DNA of 64,000 nucleotides from Octopus bimaculoides (GCF_001194135.2 NC_068988.1:49860437-49924436); one strand, 5' to 3'; counted from the stretch's first letter, positions 1 through 12,094 are shown. A program made the numbers and translations. Notes: generated by a model from the sequence alone, not told the origin.

Positions 1-10
1 TCTCTTTCTT

Positions 11-96
<86 letters not shown>
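1..96. repeat. (CT)n microsatellite
   Basis: Near-pure CT dinucleotide run. Confidence 0.98.
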
Positions 97-98
<2 letters not shown>

Positions 99-189
99 AG
101 TGCATGAAGCATAAGTATGAAGGATAACGCTTCATGGTTCATGAAGATATGTGGATGTCAGATTGAAATGGGCTGGATTTCCTCTGTTT

Positions 190-1510
190 CACGGACATTA
201 TCAACGAGACTTTTACAAATTTATTTTCTAGCGTTGTCGGACTGGTAATTTTTCCGGTTTACTTCATAATCATACTTTTTTTTTCTTCAAGTACCAATGC
301 AGATGTAAGCACACTTTATCATGATGCTATTATAGTCTTTCTGTGCAAGCATTTTACAATTACTTACAATATGAGTCATAATTTCCATTTTCGGACTACA
401 TAACATTAAATATCTTATGTAGCTTCTTATATTCTTTTCACAGTGTCTGTGTTAAGAACTTCCTTTTGAGCTGCAAATGTTGCATTTCCAGTTTCATGCT
501 TCGGGTCTTCCTTTCTTAACCAATCCCATAACTTCAGTTTTGTTGGGTTTCTATATCCTTTGAAATCTATCATGTAGGGGCATAATTTCATATATACTCT
601 TACCCATCATTTTCCTTCTTCCTGATATTTTCATTACACTACTCCTTAAGTAGATTACTGTTTTTTGTTTGTTTTTATAGTATACTGCAAGAGCAATTCA
701 CTACTCATTAACAAATACCTACTGAAGTCTATGTATTCAATGGAAACACATTCTTCCGCCCAGGAAAAATTTCGACCTCTAATCCTCTGAAGTATGTAGA
801 AATAGACCAAGCCTACTTGTGGATGTAACATTTTACTCTCTACCAAACTTTTGAGTATTTCTGTCAAAATTTTCAACCACTGCCTTAGTCCAATAAGGGC
901 AGTATTGTAGCAGCGTATCATTGCTACAGCCTGGCCATTGATGGTTGGAATCAAGCTTCAGTAATGCAGTTTCATTGCATTTGTAATATCTTCATTTCCT
1001 CTTATTATGTCTTTTCTATCACACTTGTATTTATTGATAGCTTATTCAAGATTTGTATCACTCTCTCCAGATGGTAACTAAAAACCATTGCATGGTTCTT
1101 TTATATTGTTCCTTAAGATAATTTCAGTGCACTTCGAAATGCTAAATTCCATTCTTGTATGCTATCAACAATAGAATACAATCTTGCATATTAGTTTAAT
1201 TTTCTGATTTTGTAAACAACTATAAATAGAAAGTGATTAATCTTTGGGAGCTTCCTTCCCAAATTTGTATCCAAACAGTTTCATATAATTTTATTGAGAG
1301 TTATCAGTGATAAAACAAAAGCAGGGAACAAAAGGACAAAAGGAATCTCCATGGAAAATGCAACATTGAATATGGACAAATCCTAGATACAGCTTTGTGT
1401 TCCAAATATGGAATCTCAGATATCATGATGTTGGTAACATTTTCAGCAATTCCAAATATTGTCATATTCTTCAATTCAAGCATTTATTCTACTCAAGTCC
1501 TTCTTCATAT
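190..1510 (-). mobile_element. Heavily decayed R4/Dong-type non-LTR retrotransposon (RT to zinc knuckle)
   Basis: Manual minus-strand translation across stops and frameshifts gives motifs in the expected order: IFHGDSFCPF (IFQGDSLSP-like), INHFLF, LHPQ..RIRGRNFSWAEECV, PLHDRF, LWDWLRKEDPKHETGNATFAAQKEVLNT, THIVSNCKMLAQKDY, HDKVCLHLHW. Confidence 0.85.
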
Positions 1511-2344
1511 AACCCATTGATTTCGCCATCTAACCTTTTTTTGCAAAAGTTCAGCCGATTTTGTCTTCTTTTCCTCGCCAATACTTCATTCCCAGCCTTT
1601 TCTATTACAACGTGCAAGTTATACATAACTACACATTTCAATTTTGGGTTATCTGATATAAAAGATAATGCATTAGTACAATACGGACTTTAGTACTTTA
1701 GTAGTTCAGTACAATGCGGACCTTAGTGTTTGCACTGGTTCTCTCAACTTACTTATGAGTGTTTCCAGTAACATGTTATCTATTACAAGCTTTGACATAG
1801 TCAGGTTGCTGATATCTAAAATGACATTCCCATTAGACTAGCTTGGTAAGGAAAACCTTAGGCGTTCAGTAGGACAGAAACAAGACCTGTCAAACGGAGG
1901 GATGAAGCCAAAATAGGGTCATGACTATCTAGTTATACTCTTCAGACTAAAAATATCAAGGGGTGCCTGATGCAGGATAACTCACTCTATGAGTGGATTG
2001 CAACTTGTAAACTTTGACCGGTAATCTATCTAGGAACGTAATCCTGAAAAACAAAACTCTGATGCATTAGCATTTGGTGTTTTCTGATTATAAAGTGATT
2101 GTGAAAAAAGTTTTTTGTGCCTTTTCAATCTCCAAATGTCAACTACGGGGATTAATGGTGTTAGTTGCAAGCATACTGTGGAAAAATTTCCTCTAAATTC
2201 ATGGAAAAACCCTCCTAATTCTAAATTATATCATTAAATGTCTGACACAAATGCTGCAATTGAGAGTTGACAAACCGAACAGTCTAGAAATTATAAACGG
2301 GCATTATTTATGGTAATGAAATATCAAAGCCACCTAAACCAAAA

Positions 2345-2404
<60 letters not shown>

Positions 2405-2431
2405 CAGCAGCAGCAACATCAGCAGCAGCAG
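2345..2431. repeat. (AGT)n/(AGC)n microsatellite
   Basis: Trinucleotide run; source of the poly-Ser and poly-Thr ORFs. Confidence 0.95.
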
Positions 2432-2532
2432 TTTTCAATTTTGTTTCCATTTCTTGCCCAATCTTCCAGACACCCAGGGCAAAGAAACTCACACTGATAG
2501 GCCACTGAAACAACCACCTCAGATTATTCATT

Positions 2533-2813
2533 TGGTCCACAGTCGTAAGGTCATGAGTTTGAGTCCCGGCAGCACATTGTATCCTTCAGCAAGATACTTT
2601 ATTTTACGTTGCTCCAGTCCGCTCAGCTGAGAAAAAAAAGTTGTACCTGTAATTCAAAAGGGCCAGCCTTGTCCCATTCAGTGTTATGCTGAATCTCCTT
2701 GAGAATTATGTTAAGAGTACACGTGCCTGTGGAGTGCGCGTTAACTTCACGAGCAGGCTGTTCCGTTGATCGAGTCAACTGAAACGCTCATCATTGTAAC
2801 CGACGGAGTGCCA
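2533..2813 (+). mobile_element. SINE group B (head type B2, common B tail), diverged
   Basis: B-box-like gagtttgagtccc; tail ending gacggagtgcca is shared with copies at 5923, 10064 and 36476. Confidence 0.85.
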
Positions 2814-3412
2814 GGCGGAGAATAAACCACATTGATATCACTTCTGGAAGTTTTCCATCCTTTTCATTGTTTCTTTAATTTAGATGTGTTGACTATTTTG
2901 AAGAGAAACTCCCCAGATGTTTCTGACTGGAATTGTTCAAGTAACAACCCCCCAACAGGGCGTCGGATGCTTTAAGCTTTTAAAAAACAATGAAATCTAG
3001 ATTTTCTCCAGTAAAATCTGGATACATTCAAATAAATTCATAATGATATTCGATGGAGAAACGCAAGAGAGAGAGAGAGATAGTGAAAAGGATTGTGGCT
3101 GAGAGGGGTTTAGAGAGGAAATAAATCCGTTAGCATTCGGAAAATTGTTGCACATAACATTGATAGCGATATCGTTGTCATGGTGACAAATACACGTAGA
3201 AACATCAAGAGCTGCGAAAAACAAACAAAAATGGAATCAAGAGAATAAAAAGTAGTGCCACCATTTTCAATAACTACCACAACAACCCGGATGACAAGAA
3301 AAAAACAATTAGAACAACAAGAGCAGCGGTAAACAATTGTGAGGATTTACTCTCAAACATGCCAATCCCGAGGGATGTAAGCTACATCAACAATAAGAAC
3401 AACTAAAATATT

Positions 3413-3844
3413 CTTTTCTGATTTTAGCACAAGGCCTGAAAGTTTGGGGAAGGGGGCTAGTCGATTAGATCGACCCCAGTACACAAATGGTACTTAATTT
3501 ATCGACCCTGAAAGAATGAAAGGCAAAGTAGACCTCGCAGGAATTTGAACTCAAAACGTAAAGACAGACGAAATATCGCTAAGCATTTCGCCTGGCTAAC
3601 GTTTCTTATTTCTTTACTGCCCACAAGGGGCTACACACAGAGGGGACAAACACGGACAGACAAACAGATAAGGTCGATTATACCGACGGCAGTGCGTAAC
3701 TGGCACTTATTTAATCGACCCCGAACGGATGAAAAGCAAAGTCGACCTCAGGGGAATTTGAACTCAGAACGTAGCAGCAGACGGAATACTGCTAAGCATT
3801 TCGCCCGGCGTGCTAACGTTTCTGCCAGCTCACCGCCTTAGAAG
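3413..3844 (-). mobile_element. Dimeric SINE group A (full A1 monomer fused to headless A2 monomer)
   Basis: Two A cores in tandem; direct repeat aactaaaatatt at 3401-3412 and 3845-3856 flanks the pair. Confidence 0.88.
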
Positions 3845-3856
3845 AACTAAAATATT

Positions 3857-4063
3857 TATTTCTTTATTACCCACAAGGGGCTAAACATAGAGGGAACAAA
3901 CAAGGACAGACAAAGGGATTAAGTCAATTACATCGACTCCAGTGCGTAACTGGTGCTTATTTCATCGACCCCGAAAGGATGAAAGGCAAAGTCGACCTCG
4001 GGAGAATTTGAGCTCAGAACGTAGCGGCATTTCGCCCGGCGTGCTAACGATTCTGCCAGCTCA
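3857..4063 (-). mobile_element. SINE group A (A1 tail), small internal deletion
   Basis: Core (sense) gcctttcatcctttcggggtcgat..aagcaccag and A1 tail ccccttgtgggtaataaagaaataa. Confidence 0.93.
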
Positions 4064-4829
4064 CACTTATTCCATTACAACCTACCCCATCACTACTAGA
4101 TTCTGTGTGGTTTCAAGAATCATCATTACCATCAACATCAACCACAGCAACAATAATACAATCATTTCCACCAAGACAGCTAAAGTAAACTTCTTTGCAG
4201 GAGAGTCAAGATGTCATGAGTAATTTTCCCATGGAAAACAAGCACAGAAACCTTAGCGAAGCAGAAAACCTCACCACTTACTGAGAGTGCAGCAGAGCTG
4301 AACTGGAAATTTTTAAACAACTAATGGAAAGAAATATTAGAAGGACTTTTATATACTGATGTTTGTCGCTTAAAAACAAATGGATTTTAAATGATACATA
4401 CACCTAGATGAAACGTACCTCAGAAAAGATTGACATATGTATCATAACTCGAGCAAGACAATATGACTCTATACGAGTTTCCTCTCAGAAGTATTTGTTC
4501 GGAAACACTGTTTAGTCCCGAGTAAAAGGGAGAGTGTATTGCTCCTTCCTACATGGCAAGCCTGACATGTGGCAAAATTTAAAATGTCATGTGAGTTAGA
4601 CATCATTTGAGAGGGGGCATGCTCAATATTTAGAAATATTTCGATATTAAGAAACATCGAATGAAAATTAGTCTGAGATATTGTTGCTGATCTTGATCCG
4701 GGTAAAATCAGAAGTACCGGACAAGATTCCTAGCCTTATTGAACTACTGAATAAGTCACAACTACAAATCATAGTGGAATGCAGAAGGTTTAGACGTTAC
4801 ACTGAGGTACAATCATTTAAATGCTTTCT

Positions 4830-5064
4830 GCTCTCAAGAAAGGAAGGCAGATAGAAAGTGCTCCGATGCCATATAGCGTATCTAGGGCAGGAAAATCTGG
4901 TGGGGCCCATCCCTCTCCAGACTAAACTCTTTTCTACAGCTGAGTGAATTAGAACAACGTGAAATGAAGTGTTTTGCTGAAGAAAACAACGATCGCCCGG
5001 TCCAGGTATTGAAACCACAATCTTACGATCGTGAGTCCAACACCCTAACCACTAAGCCACGCGC
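4830..5064 (-). mobile_element. SINE with B2 head and a different tail
   Basis: Sense head gcgcgtggcttagtggttagggtgttggactcacgatcgtaag matches the head of the 10064-10389 copy; the sequence diverges after cactcagctg. Confidence 0.75.
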
Positions 5065-5654
5065 AACAACTGCACCAATAAATGCAGCATCTATTACTAA
5101 CAACAGCAATAAAAGCATTACTACCAATGATTACAACAACAGTGATAGCAGCAGTAACAACAACTGCAGAAACAGTGGTGGAGGACTAGTCCTGACAAGA
5201 ACAGTAAAGGTGGTAGAGCTTGGCAGCAGAAACCGTGAAAAGCAATTCCAATATTACCACTCCTACAAGCAGTGGTTATTTGTTCATAGCTGACTTGGGG
5301 CTTAACAACAGCTTGAATATTTTGGAAATAAAAGAAGCTACGATGCACAATATTCTATTAACGATATTTTTTATCGAGAGGGAAGGCATTACTCATGACA
5401 CTTTACTTGGCCTTCAAAGATAGTAGGGGAAAAGAGAAAGATATGCTGAAGCTAGAAATCTGGCCTAATTGCTTTCAATGGATAGGATTCTGCTAAAGGC
5501 ACCTAAAGTACCAAGTGGTGGTACCCAGTGGACCACGAATTATGTTTAATATCCCACCCCAATAGCCCATTGTAGGATCTAAACTCAAAGCGCAGAGCGG
5601 TAACAAATATCAAATATCAAAACGCATCTTGTCTGATCTTTTTTAAAGTTCTGG

Positions 5655-5790
5655 ATTAACACATTTTTATCGACTCCAAAAAGATTAAAATGCAAAGTTG
5701 ATCTCAGTGGGATTTGAACTTAGTGCACCGAGTGTTAGAACAAATACCGAGAAGTAGTGTATCAGATGATTCGTTTGACCCTGTCAGTTT
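5655..5790 (-). mobile_element. Old SINE group A remnant
   Basis: Degenerate tttatcgactcc..aaag..caaagttga..atttgaact. Confidence 0.6.
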
Positions 5791-5922
5791 TCGGTCTGGT
5801 TAAAAATAAATAAAAACGTGGTATTCTCATGTGTATTTTGAAATGTTATCATTTTAACAGGTTGTTTGGACCCAAAGCAAGCTATTGTTTAACTGCAAGG
5901 CAAAATGTGTTTTATAACAAAT

Positions 5923-6310
5923 GTTGTTGTTGGCACTCCGTCACTTACGACGTCGAGGGTTCCAGTTGATCCAATCAACGGAACAGCCTGCTCGTGAAAT
6001 TAACGTGCAAGTGGCTGAGCACTCCACAGACACGTGTACCTTTAACGTAGTTCTCAGTGATAATCAGCGTGACACAGTGTGGCAAGGCTGGCCCTTTGAA
6101 TTACAGGCACAACAGAAACAGGAAGTAAGAGTGAGAGAAAGTTGTGGTGAAAGAGTACAGCAGGGTTCACCACCATCCCCTGCCGGAGCCTCATGGAGTT
6201 TTTAGGTGTTTTCACTCAATAAACACTCACAACGCCTGGTCTGGGAATCGAAACCGCGATCCTATGACTACGAGTCCGCTGCCCTAACCACTGGGCCATT
6301 GCGCCTCCAC
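5923..6310 (-). mobile_element. Full-length tRNA-derived SINE group B (head type B1, tRNA-Arg-like)
   Basis: Sense head ggcgcaatggcccagtggttagggcagcggactcg..ggtttcgattccc has A box TGGCCCAGTGG and B box GTTTCGATTCC; tail ends ggagtgccaacaacaac; near-identical to 36476-36788. Confidence 0.93.
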
Positions 6311-6353
6311 TATAACAAATGAAATGGAGAAGAAATACAAGTCATACAAAATA

Positions 6354-6551
6354 ATGGTTTTAAATTATGGCACTGGGCCATCAGCTTTTGAGGGATGAGA
6401 GAAGTCGATTACATCAACCCCAGTACTTATTTTCTCGACCTTAACAGGATAAAGTACAAAGTCGACCTTGGTAGAACTCAGAACGTAAAGGCAGGCAAAA
6501 TGCTGCTAAATAGTACGTCCGGATTACTAACGGTTCAGTCAGTTCGCCGCT
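6354..6551 (-). mobile_element. SINE group A (A3 tail), diverged
   Basis: Degenerate A head and core; tail variant ending tttaaaacca. Confidence 0.8.
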
Positions 6552-6595
6552 GTAAGGTCATACAAGATAAAAAAGCAGCTATAAGAAAACAATAG

Positions 6596-6895
6596 AAACA
6601 AAAGCAGTCAGAGAGCGCAAACCTCCGCCAAGCCAACACTGACGTCCTCTCAACGATTAGCCAGAGATGGTTTTTAAAATGAGAATATCTGAAATAAACA
6701 AATGAGAATACTAAAAATGAACCCGACTGCTCTCAAAAACTTTATGTAAAAAAAAAAGAAATGGAAAAATAATCCAGAATCCCTGTCCGGTACCGCATCG
6801 ATCCCAAAATCTAATTAGTTCGTGCCGGTCACGAGCCCAAGCATCTCTGAAAGTTTCATACGAAACCATCTAGCGGTTTTTGAGATATCTGGCTA
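6596..6895 (+). mobile_element. Probable non-autonomous Helentron-associated (HINE-like) fragment
   Basis: gagagcgcaaacctccgccaag start and gatcccaaaatctaattag..aagtttcatacgaaaccatctagcggtttttgagat resemble such elements as I recall them. A short inverted remnant lies at about 4715-4735. Classification is inference. Confidence 0.45.
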
Positions 6896-7323
6896 TCGTT
6901 GCAGAATGCACCCTTGCTTATATCGCTTGTGGGGAGATAAATCCCTGCCACATCCAGCGCCGAGACCAGCAGATCATGTGATTTCGACCTTCCTTGGTGT
7001 CGTCAATGATGGACGCCCGGCCACAAGAGACGNNNNNNNNNNNNNNNNNNNNNNNNNNNNNNNNNNNNNNNNNNNNNNNNNNNNNNNNNNNNNNNNNNNN
7101 NNNNNNNNNNNNNNNNNNNNNNNNNNNNNNNNNNNNNNNNNNNNNNNNNNNNNNNNNNNNNNNNNNNNNNNNNNNNNNNNNNNNNNNNNNNNNNNNNNNN
7201 NNNNNNNNNNNNNNNNNNNNNNNNNNNNNNNNNNNNNNNNNNNNNNNNNNNNNNNNNNNNNNNNNNNNNNNNNNNNNNNNNNNNNNNNNNNNNNNNNNNN
7301 NNNNNNNNNNNNNNNNNNNNNNN

Positions 7324-7363
<40 letters not shown>

Positions 7364-8295
7364 CAACATTTATGCCCACTTAAACGTGTGTGTGTGTACA
7401 TGCATACATACAGGCAGAAGTGTAGATAGATAGATATATAGATATAAACTCATATATCTACATACGTAACAACTTCGCAAATTATCGACTCCTTTCGGTA
7501 ATAAAATTATGATCCATTTCCCTCCCAAAGCAACAACAATAGATGACATCCCATAACACAAACAACCAAGATTTCCCTTCTTTATTATGCTTTATATTAC
7601 CAAAAACAAACAAAAAAAATCTTTAAAGTCCTTCGTAATTTTGAATCATCAGTTTTCTACGCTATTTTTTGAAGATGTAAATATTTTTACTTAAATTTAT
7701 TATTTCGCTTTCATAATACTGTTATATATGTATATATAACCTATATTAACCTTATCTACATTACTTCAAACATAAATATATACCTGCTTGCATGTATGTA
7801 TGTATGTATGTATGTATGTGTATGCCTGAGTGTGTGTGTGTGTATGTGTGTGTTTGTATTTATATATGTAAGTATGTTTGTTTATGTCAGTTTGCTTGTA
7901 ACTGTTTACCTCTGCCTTTCTGTTTTTATTTATAATTCTAGGAAGCTAACCATGCAACCCTCTCTCTCTATGTCAATTTCTCTCTCACACACTCACACTC
8001 ACTCTCTCTCTCTCTCTCTTTCTTTTTCTCCCTTTCTCTCTCCCTGTCTCACTCTATCTCCATCTATCCATCAGTCTATGTATCCCTTTTTATCTTTTTA
8101 TTTAGCTGCATATTTGTCTTTCAATCTATCAACTTATCTCTTCCATTTTTCTCAATTTCTATAAATCTGAGCAAACATGCATTTGTGAAAAATCATCACC
8201 ACCATCATCGCCACCACTACCACCACCACCACCACTACCATCATCACCGCCATCATCATCATTATCATCGTCTGCAACCATATAATTATTACTCG

Positions 8296-9127
8296 TATTA
8301 TTATTATTGTTCAGTAGTTTTATTTTTATAACGTGCTTTCACTTCACTACCGAGCGCAGCTCTGTGCGCCTTGGGTATGTGCTGTGGTTTGCTGTGGTGC
8401 TCTTATGTTTACTGTATTGAAAGTGTTTTGCGTAGAATGTGTGCAGTACCCAGTAGTGCAATTTTCTGTATGTTATATATATTTGTAAGTCCTGGTGTTT
8501 TTGTTATGTATTTGTCTGAATATTTTTTTATTATACCTACTATGATAGGAATTGTTTCTGTTTTTAGATTCCACATTCGAGTTATCTCTATTTCCAGGTC
8601 TTTGTATTTTGAAAGTTTTTCCATTTCTTTTAGAGAAACGGTGTCATCTGCTGGTATTGATGCATCAATTAGAAAGCATTTTTTTTCTTCATGATCTTTG
8701 ACAACTNNNNNNNNNNNNNNNNNNNNNNNNNNNNNNNNNNNNNNNNNNNNNNNNNNNNNNNNNNNNNNNNNNNNNNNNNNNNNNNNNNNNNNNNNNNNNN
8801 NNNNNNNNNNNNNNNNNNNNNNNNNNNNNNNNNNNNNNNNNNNNNNNNNNNNNNNNNNNNNNNNNNNGGTGGGGAGGCTTTGGTCTTGTGCAGCAATTAA
8901 AAATCCTTCAGTCTCTGCTTTGAGTCCTGAGCTTCTCAGCCATTGCTGGGATTTTTCCCTGTCTATTTCTTTCGCATTTAGTTTAGCCCAGTATTTACCA
9001 TGTAGGGGCTTTTCTTGCCATCGTTTTATCATGGTTCGTTGCTGTTCTAGTTTTAGTTTGGATTTCATTTGTTTTATAGCTTTTGTTGTTTCTTCTTCTT
9101 CTTCTTCTTCTTCTTCGTATTTGTTAG

Positions 9128-9129
<2 letters not shown>
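8296..9129 (-). mobile_element. 5'-truncated R4/Dong-type non-LTR retrotransposon 3' end (restriction-like endonuclease domain), interrupted by a gap
   Basis: ORF 8409..9068: KPLHGKY, WLRSSGLKAETEGFLIAAQDQSLPT, CFLIDASIPADD..KEMEKLSKYKDL, LLGTAHILRKTL; 3' UTR ends in (AAT)4. Confidence 0.93.
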
Positions 9130-9177
<48 letters not shown>

Positions 9178-9203
9178 GTTATTATTATTATTATTATTAT
9201 TAT
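9129..9203. repeat. (ATT)n microsatellite flanking the R4/Dong element
   Basis: About 25 trinucleotide units. Confidence 0.97.
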
Positions 9204-10063
9204 ATACCACTAGCTTCTTCTTATTCTTCATTCAGTTCTTATCGTCTAATTATGATCATTTTACCTATCTATAATTAAGGTCAGTTGAACCTGCTAATTA
9301 AATCTTAGTCAGGTGATTCGACTGACATTCCCATCATGGTGCTTCTAAATAACTTTGCTTTCTTTCATAATAAAACTCATTCTCTTAGCTTCCCACTTTT
9401 ACACAAACTTCCATTTCACTTCTAGCATTCTTTTTATATTTACTTCTTCCTGTATTCCTGTTCCATTTTTCTTAACTTGTTCGTTTGTGTGTTTCGTTCT
9501 CTATTTTTCTCTTCCTGCTAGAATTTTATTTTGTTTACATCCCATTTGACTATTTTGGAAGACGTGTAGTTGTTTTATTGATGTTAATGTTCGTATGTCA
9601 CTCGTTGTTGTTGTGTGTGTTGTCGGCTTTCCTTTGCAACTGATTTTCTAAATTTAGTTCTAGTTCCCATCGTCGTCGTCATCTTCACCATCTTTATCAC
9701 TAACATTGTTATCGTCATCGCCACCACCGTCATCACCATTAGCATCAACATTATCATCACCATCACTTAGTTCCATCATCATCATCATCATCAACAACAT
9801 CATTAGCAGCAGCAACAGCAGCATCTGTTGTAGTATTGTAGCCAACATCCTTATCACCACACCCGGCAACATCGTAATCATCGTCAACAACTTTTCAGTC
9901 CCTTCTCTTACGTAAACTAATTTTCGCATTCTATGAAACTGACCATTGTGTATCGCATTGTGATTCACTCTTTTCGCGTATATTTATAGGAGGGTTACTA
10001 GCAACTGAGCAGAACCAAATGTAATACAATACCTATCAAAAGACGGATGAACCCGCCTTTAAC

Positions 10064-10389
10064 TGGCACTCCGACGGTTACGACGACGAGGGTTCCAGTT
10101 GATCTGATGAACGGAACAGCCTACTCGTGAAATTAATGTACAGGTGGTTGAGTACTCCACAGAAACGTGTACCCTTGACGTAGTTCACAGAGAGATTCAG
10201 CATGACACAGATTGTGACAAGGCTGGACTTTTTGAAATACAGGTACAATTCGTTCTTGACAGCTGACTGGACAGGAGCAAACGTGAAAAAAAGTGTCTTG
10301 CCGAAGGACACAACGCAGCGTCGGGAATTGAACTTATGATCTTGCGATCGTTAGCCGAATGCCCTAACAACTAAGTCACGCACCTTCAC
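10064..10389 (-). mobile_element. SINE group B (head B2, common B tail)
   Basis: Sense head gtgacttagttgttagggcattcggctaacgatcgcaag..agttcaattccc; tail matches 5923-6120. Confidence 0.9.
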
Positions 10390-10429
10390 AGGATGAACTC
10401 ACCAAGTAAGACTAAACGGGGCTATGTAA

Positions 10430-10930
10430 CGAGTGCCCATGGACCTAGAAATATACGTTGAGGTGAATGAGCGAGCGGCAAGGACAGCTGATAGTAAAGG
10501 GACCCTACTTCATGTTAAAGTATTTTACAAGAAGGGCTCATTGATGCAAAATCTGCGGTGTGTTCAGCTTTTGATCATCTCGAGCCATGCTGAGCCACCG
10601 AGTGGAAAGCTGTTCTATCTAAAAAGTATGCGCGGGTTCTGTGTACGCGTTTGTCAGTTTCATTAATTTACACACTAGAACATTTTGGAATACATACTAT
10701 GGAGCGCTCACGAGAAATGAGATCTCTCACAAGGGTGGCGATGAAGAGCAATAGAAGTGTTGACTTGGCTGGCTGGAAGTATGTGATTTCAATCTAGTAC
10801 ATCGAAAACTTTCGATACTGGTCATTTGTTTTTTTCCCTAACTATAGTGATCAAGAGATTCACCAGCAGCTTGACTGACTCAATAGTGCAAGATAAGCAT
10901 CTATGTCCAGGAGGTGGTCGCACGCGGATA
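10430..10930 (-). mobile_element. Highly decayed L1/Tx1-type reverse transcriptase fragment
   Basis: Frameshifted remnants in order: IESFRCTRL (NFRPITLL-like), LVRDLISRE..CIP, LDRTAFHSVAQH (LDQ.KAFDRV.H-like), PFTISCP. Confidence 0.45.
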
Positions 10931-11039
10931 CAAGTTGACGTCTACTATTTAGGCATGGATGAATATTTGTTTGTATATGTGTTTATATTTCATGTAGATA
11001 GATAATACAATTCTTTGTTTAAGAAATGAGGAATTATAT

Positions 11040-11043
<4 letters not shown>

Positions 11044-11097
<54 letters not shown>
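11044..11097. repeat. (AAT)n microsatellite
   Basis: Pure trinucleotide run. Confidence 0.97.
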
Positions 11098-11099
<2 letters not shown>

Positions 11100-11146
11100 T
11101 CGAAAAAATACCTTAGGAATGAGAACCAGGTTCGAAGGTTCCCCAA

Positions 11147-11192
11147 GACGCCTGATGAAGGCCGGAGAGTATATCAGCCGAAACGTTGTGTT
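11147..11192 (+). ncRNA. Minimal type I hammerhead ribozyme-like motif in a probable Penelope-like terminal repeat (about 11095-11240)
   Basis: gacgc-CTGATGA-a-ggccg(gagagtatat)cagcc-GAAA-cgt-t-gtgtt: core boxes present, helix II 4 of 5 bp, palindromic ACGT, helix I 5 bp with two G-U pairs. Confidence 0.55.
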
Positions 11193-11326
11193 AACAACAA
11201 ACAAGATGAGGACAAATATACGTTAAATGTAAATAATGTATAGATAGATAATGTATGTATATATGTGTGTGCATAACTGTATACACATATATGTATACAT
11301 ATGGAAATATACGAGTACATGTGAAA

Positions 11327-11394
<68 letters not shown>

Positions 11395-11702
11395 GTCATA
11401 TGTCATATAAATGTGTGTATGTACAACGGTTTCATGTATGTATGTATGCATGTCACTATTTATATGTGTGTACATACATAATTAACATCGTATTTTCAAC
11501 GAGTTAGAGAAGAGTCATAAAAAGGAAAAAAATCGCAAAGATACACAAGCACGTGCACTCACACCGATATTCAACACATACATTTTAATACATGCATACA
11601 TACATACATACATACATGCATACCTATATATGTGTGTTATATGTACACATATATACGTATATGTGTGTAGATATATATATAAGCATATGAGTGTGTGTGA
11701 AC

Positions 11703-11738
<36 letters not shown>

Positions 11739-11760
11739 TGACACACATTATCCCCTCTTA
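11327..11760. repeat. Compound (TA)n/(TG)n/(TACA)n microsatellite region
   Basis: Direct inspection. Confidence 0.9.
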
Positions 11761-12093
11761 AGAGAGGCTTTAAATTCTAAATCCCCGATATCTAGACTGA
11801 AAGTACTTTAGAGAAAGAATCATTAACCACAACAAATATTGTTCCCAGTTTCTGCCTCGGGTCTTTTCCTCTAATTATCTCATCAAAACTCTCCCTCATT
11901 TTGCCAAAGGCTCAGCATTGAACAAGTGGTTGGCATTCACTTAAGCCATTTTAGAGAGTTTGCTCAATTATGAGCGAAGCTAGTTGTATAGCACTGTGTA
12001 ATTAGCGTGAGGTGTGAGGTGGTTGATAAACGGAGAGAAATTGATCAATTTAGCATTTAGCCATTTTTGCCCTCATTGCCTCACTCCTCTCTC

Positions 12094-12094
<1 letters not shown>

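Noticed and set aside
1677-1730. 19-bp direct repeat gtacaatRcggacYttagt
   Set aside because: A short local duplication with no enclosed element.
3413-4063. Regularly repeated units resembling an array (also 43584-44220)
   Set aside because: These are tandem SINE copies of about 200 bp, not CRISPR repeats with unique spacers; the DNA is eukaryotic.
6240-6310. tRNA-Arg-like sequence
   Set aside because: It is a SINE head continuing into SINE body; no matching acceptor stem or Pol III terminator for a tRNA gene.
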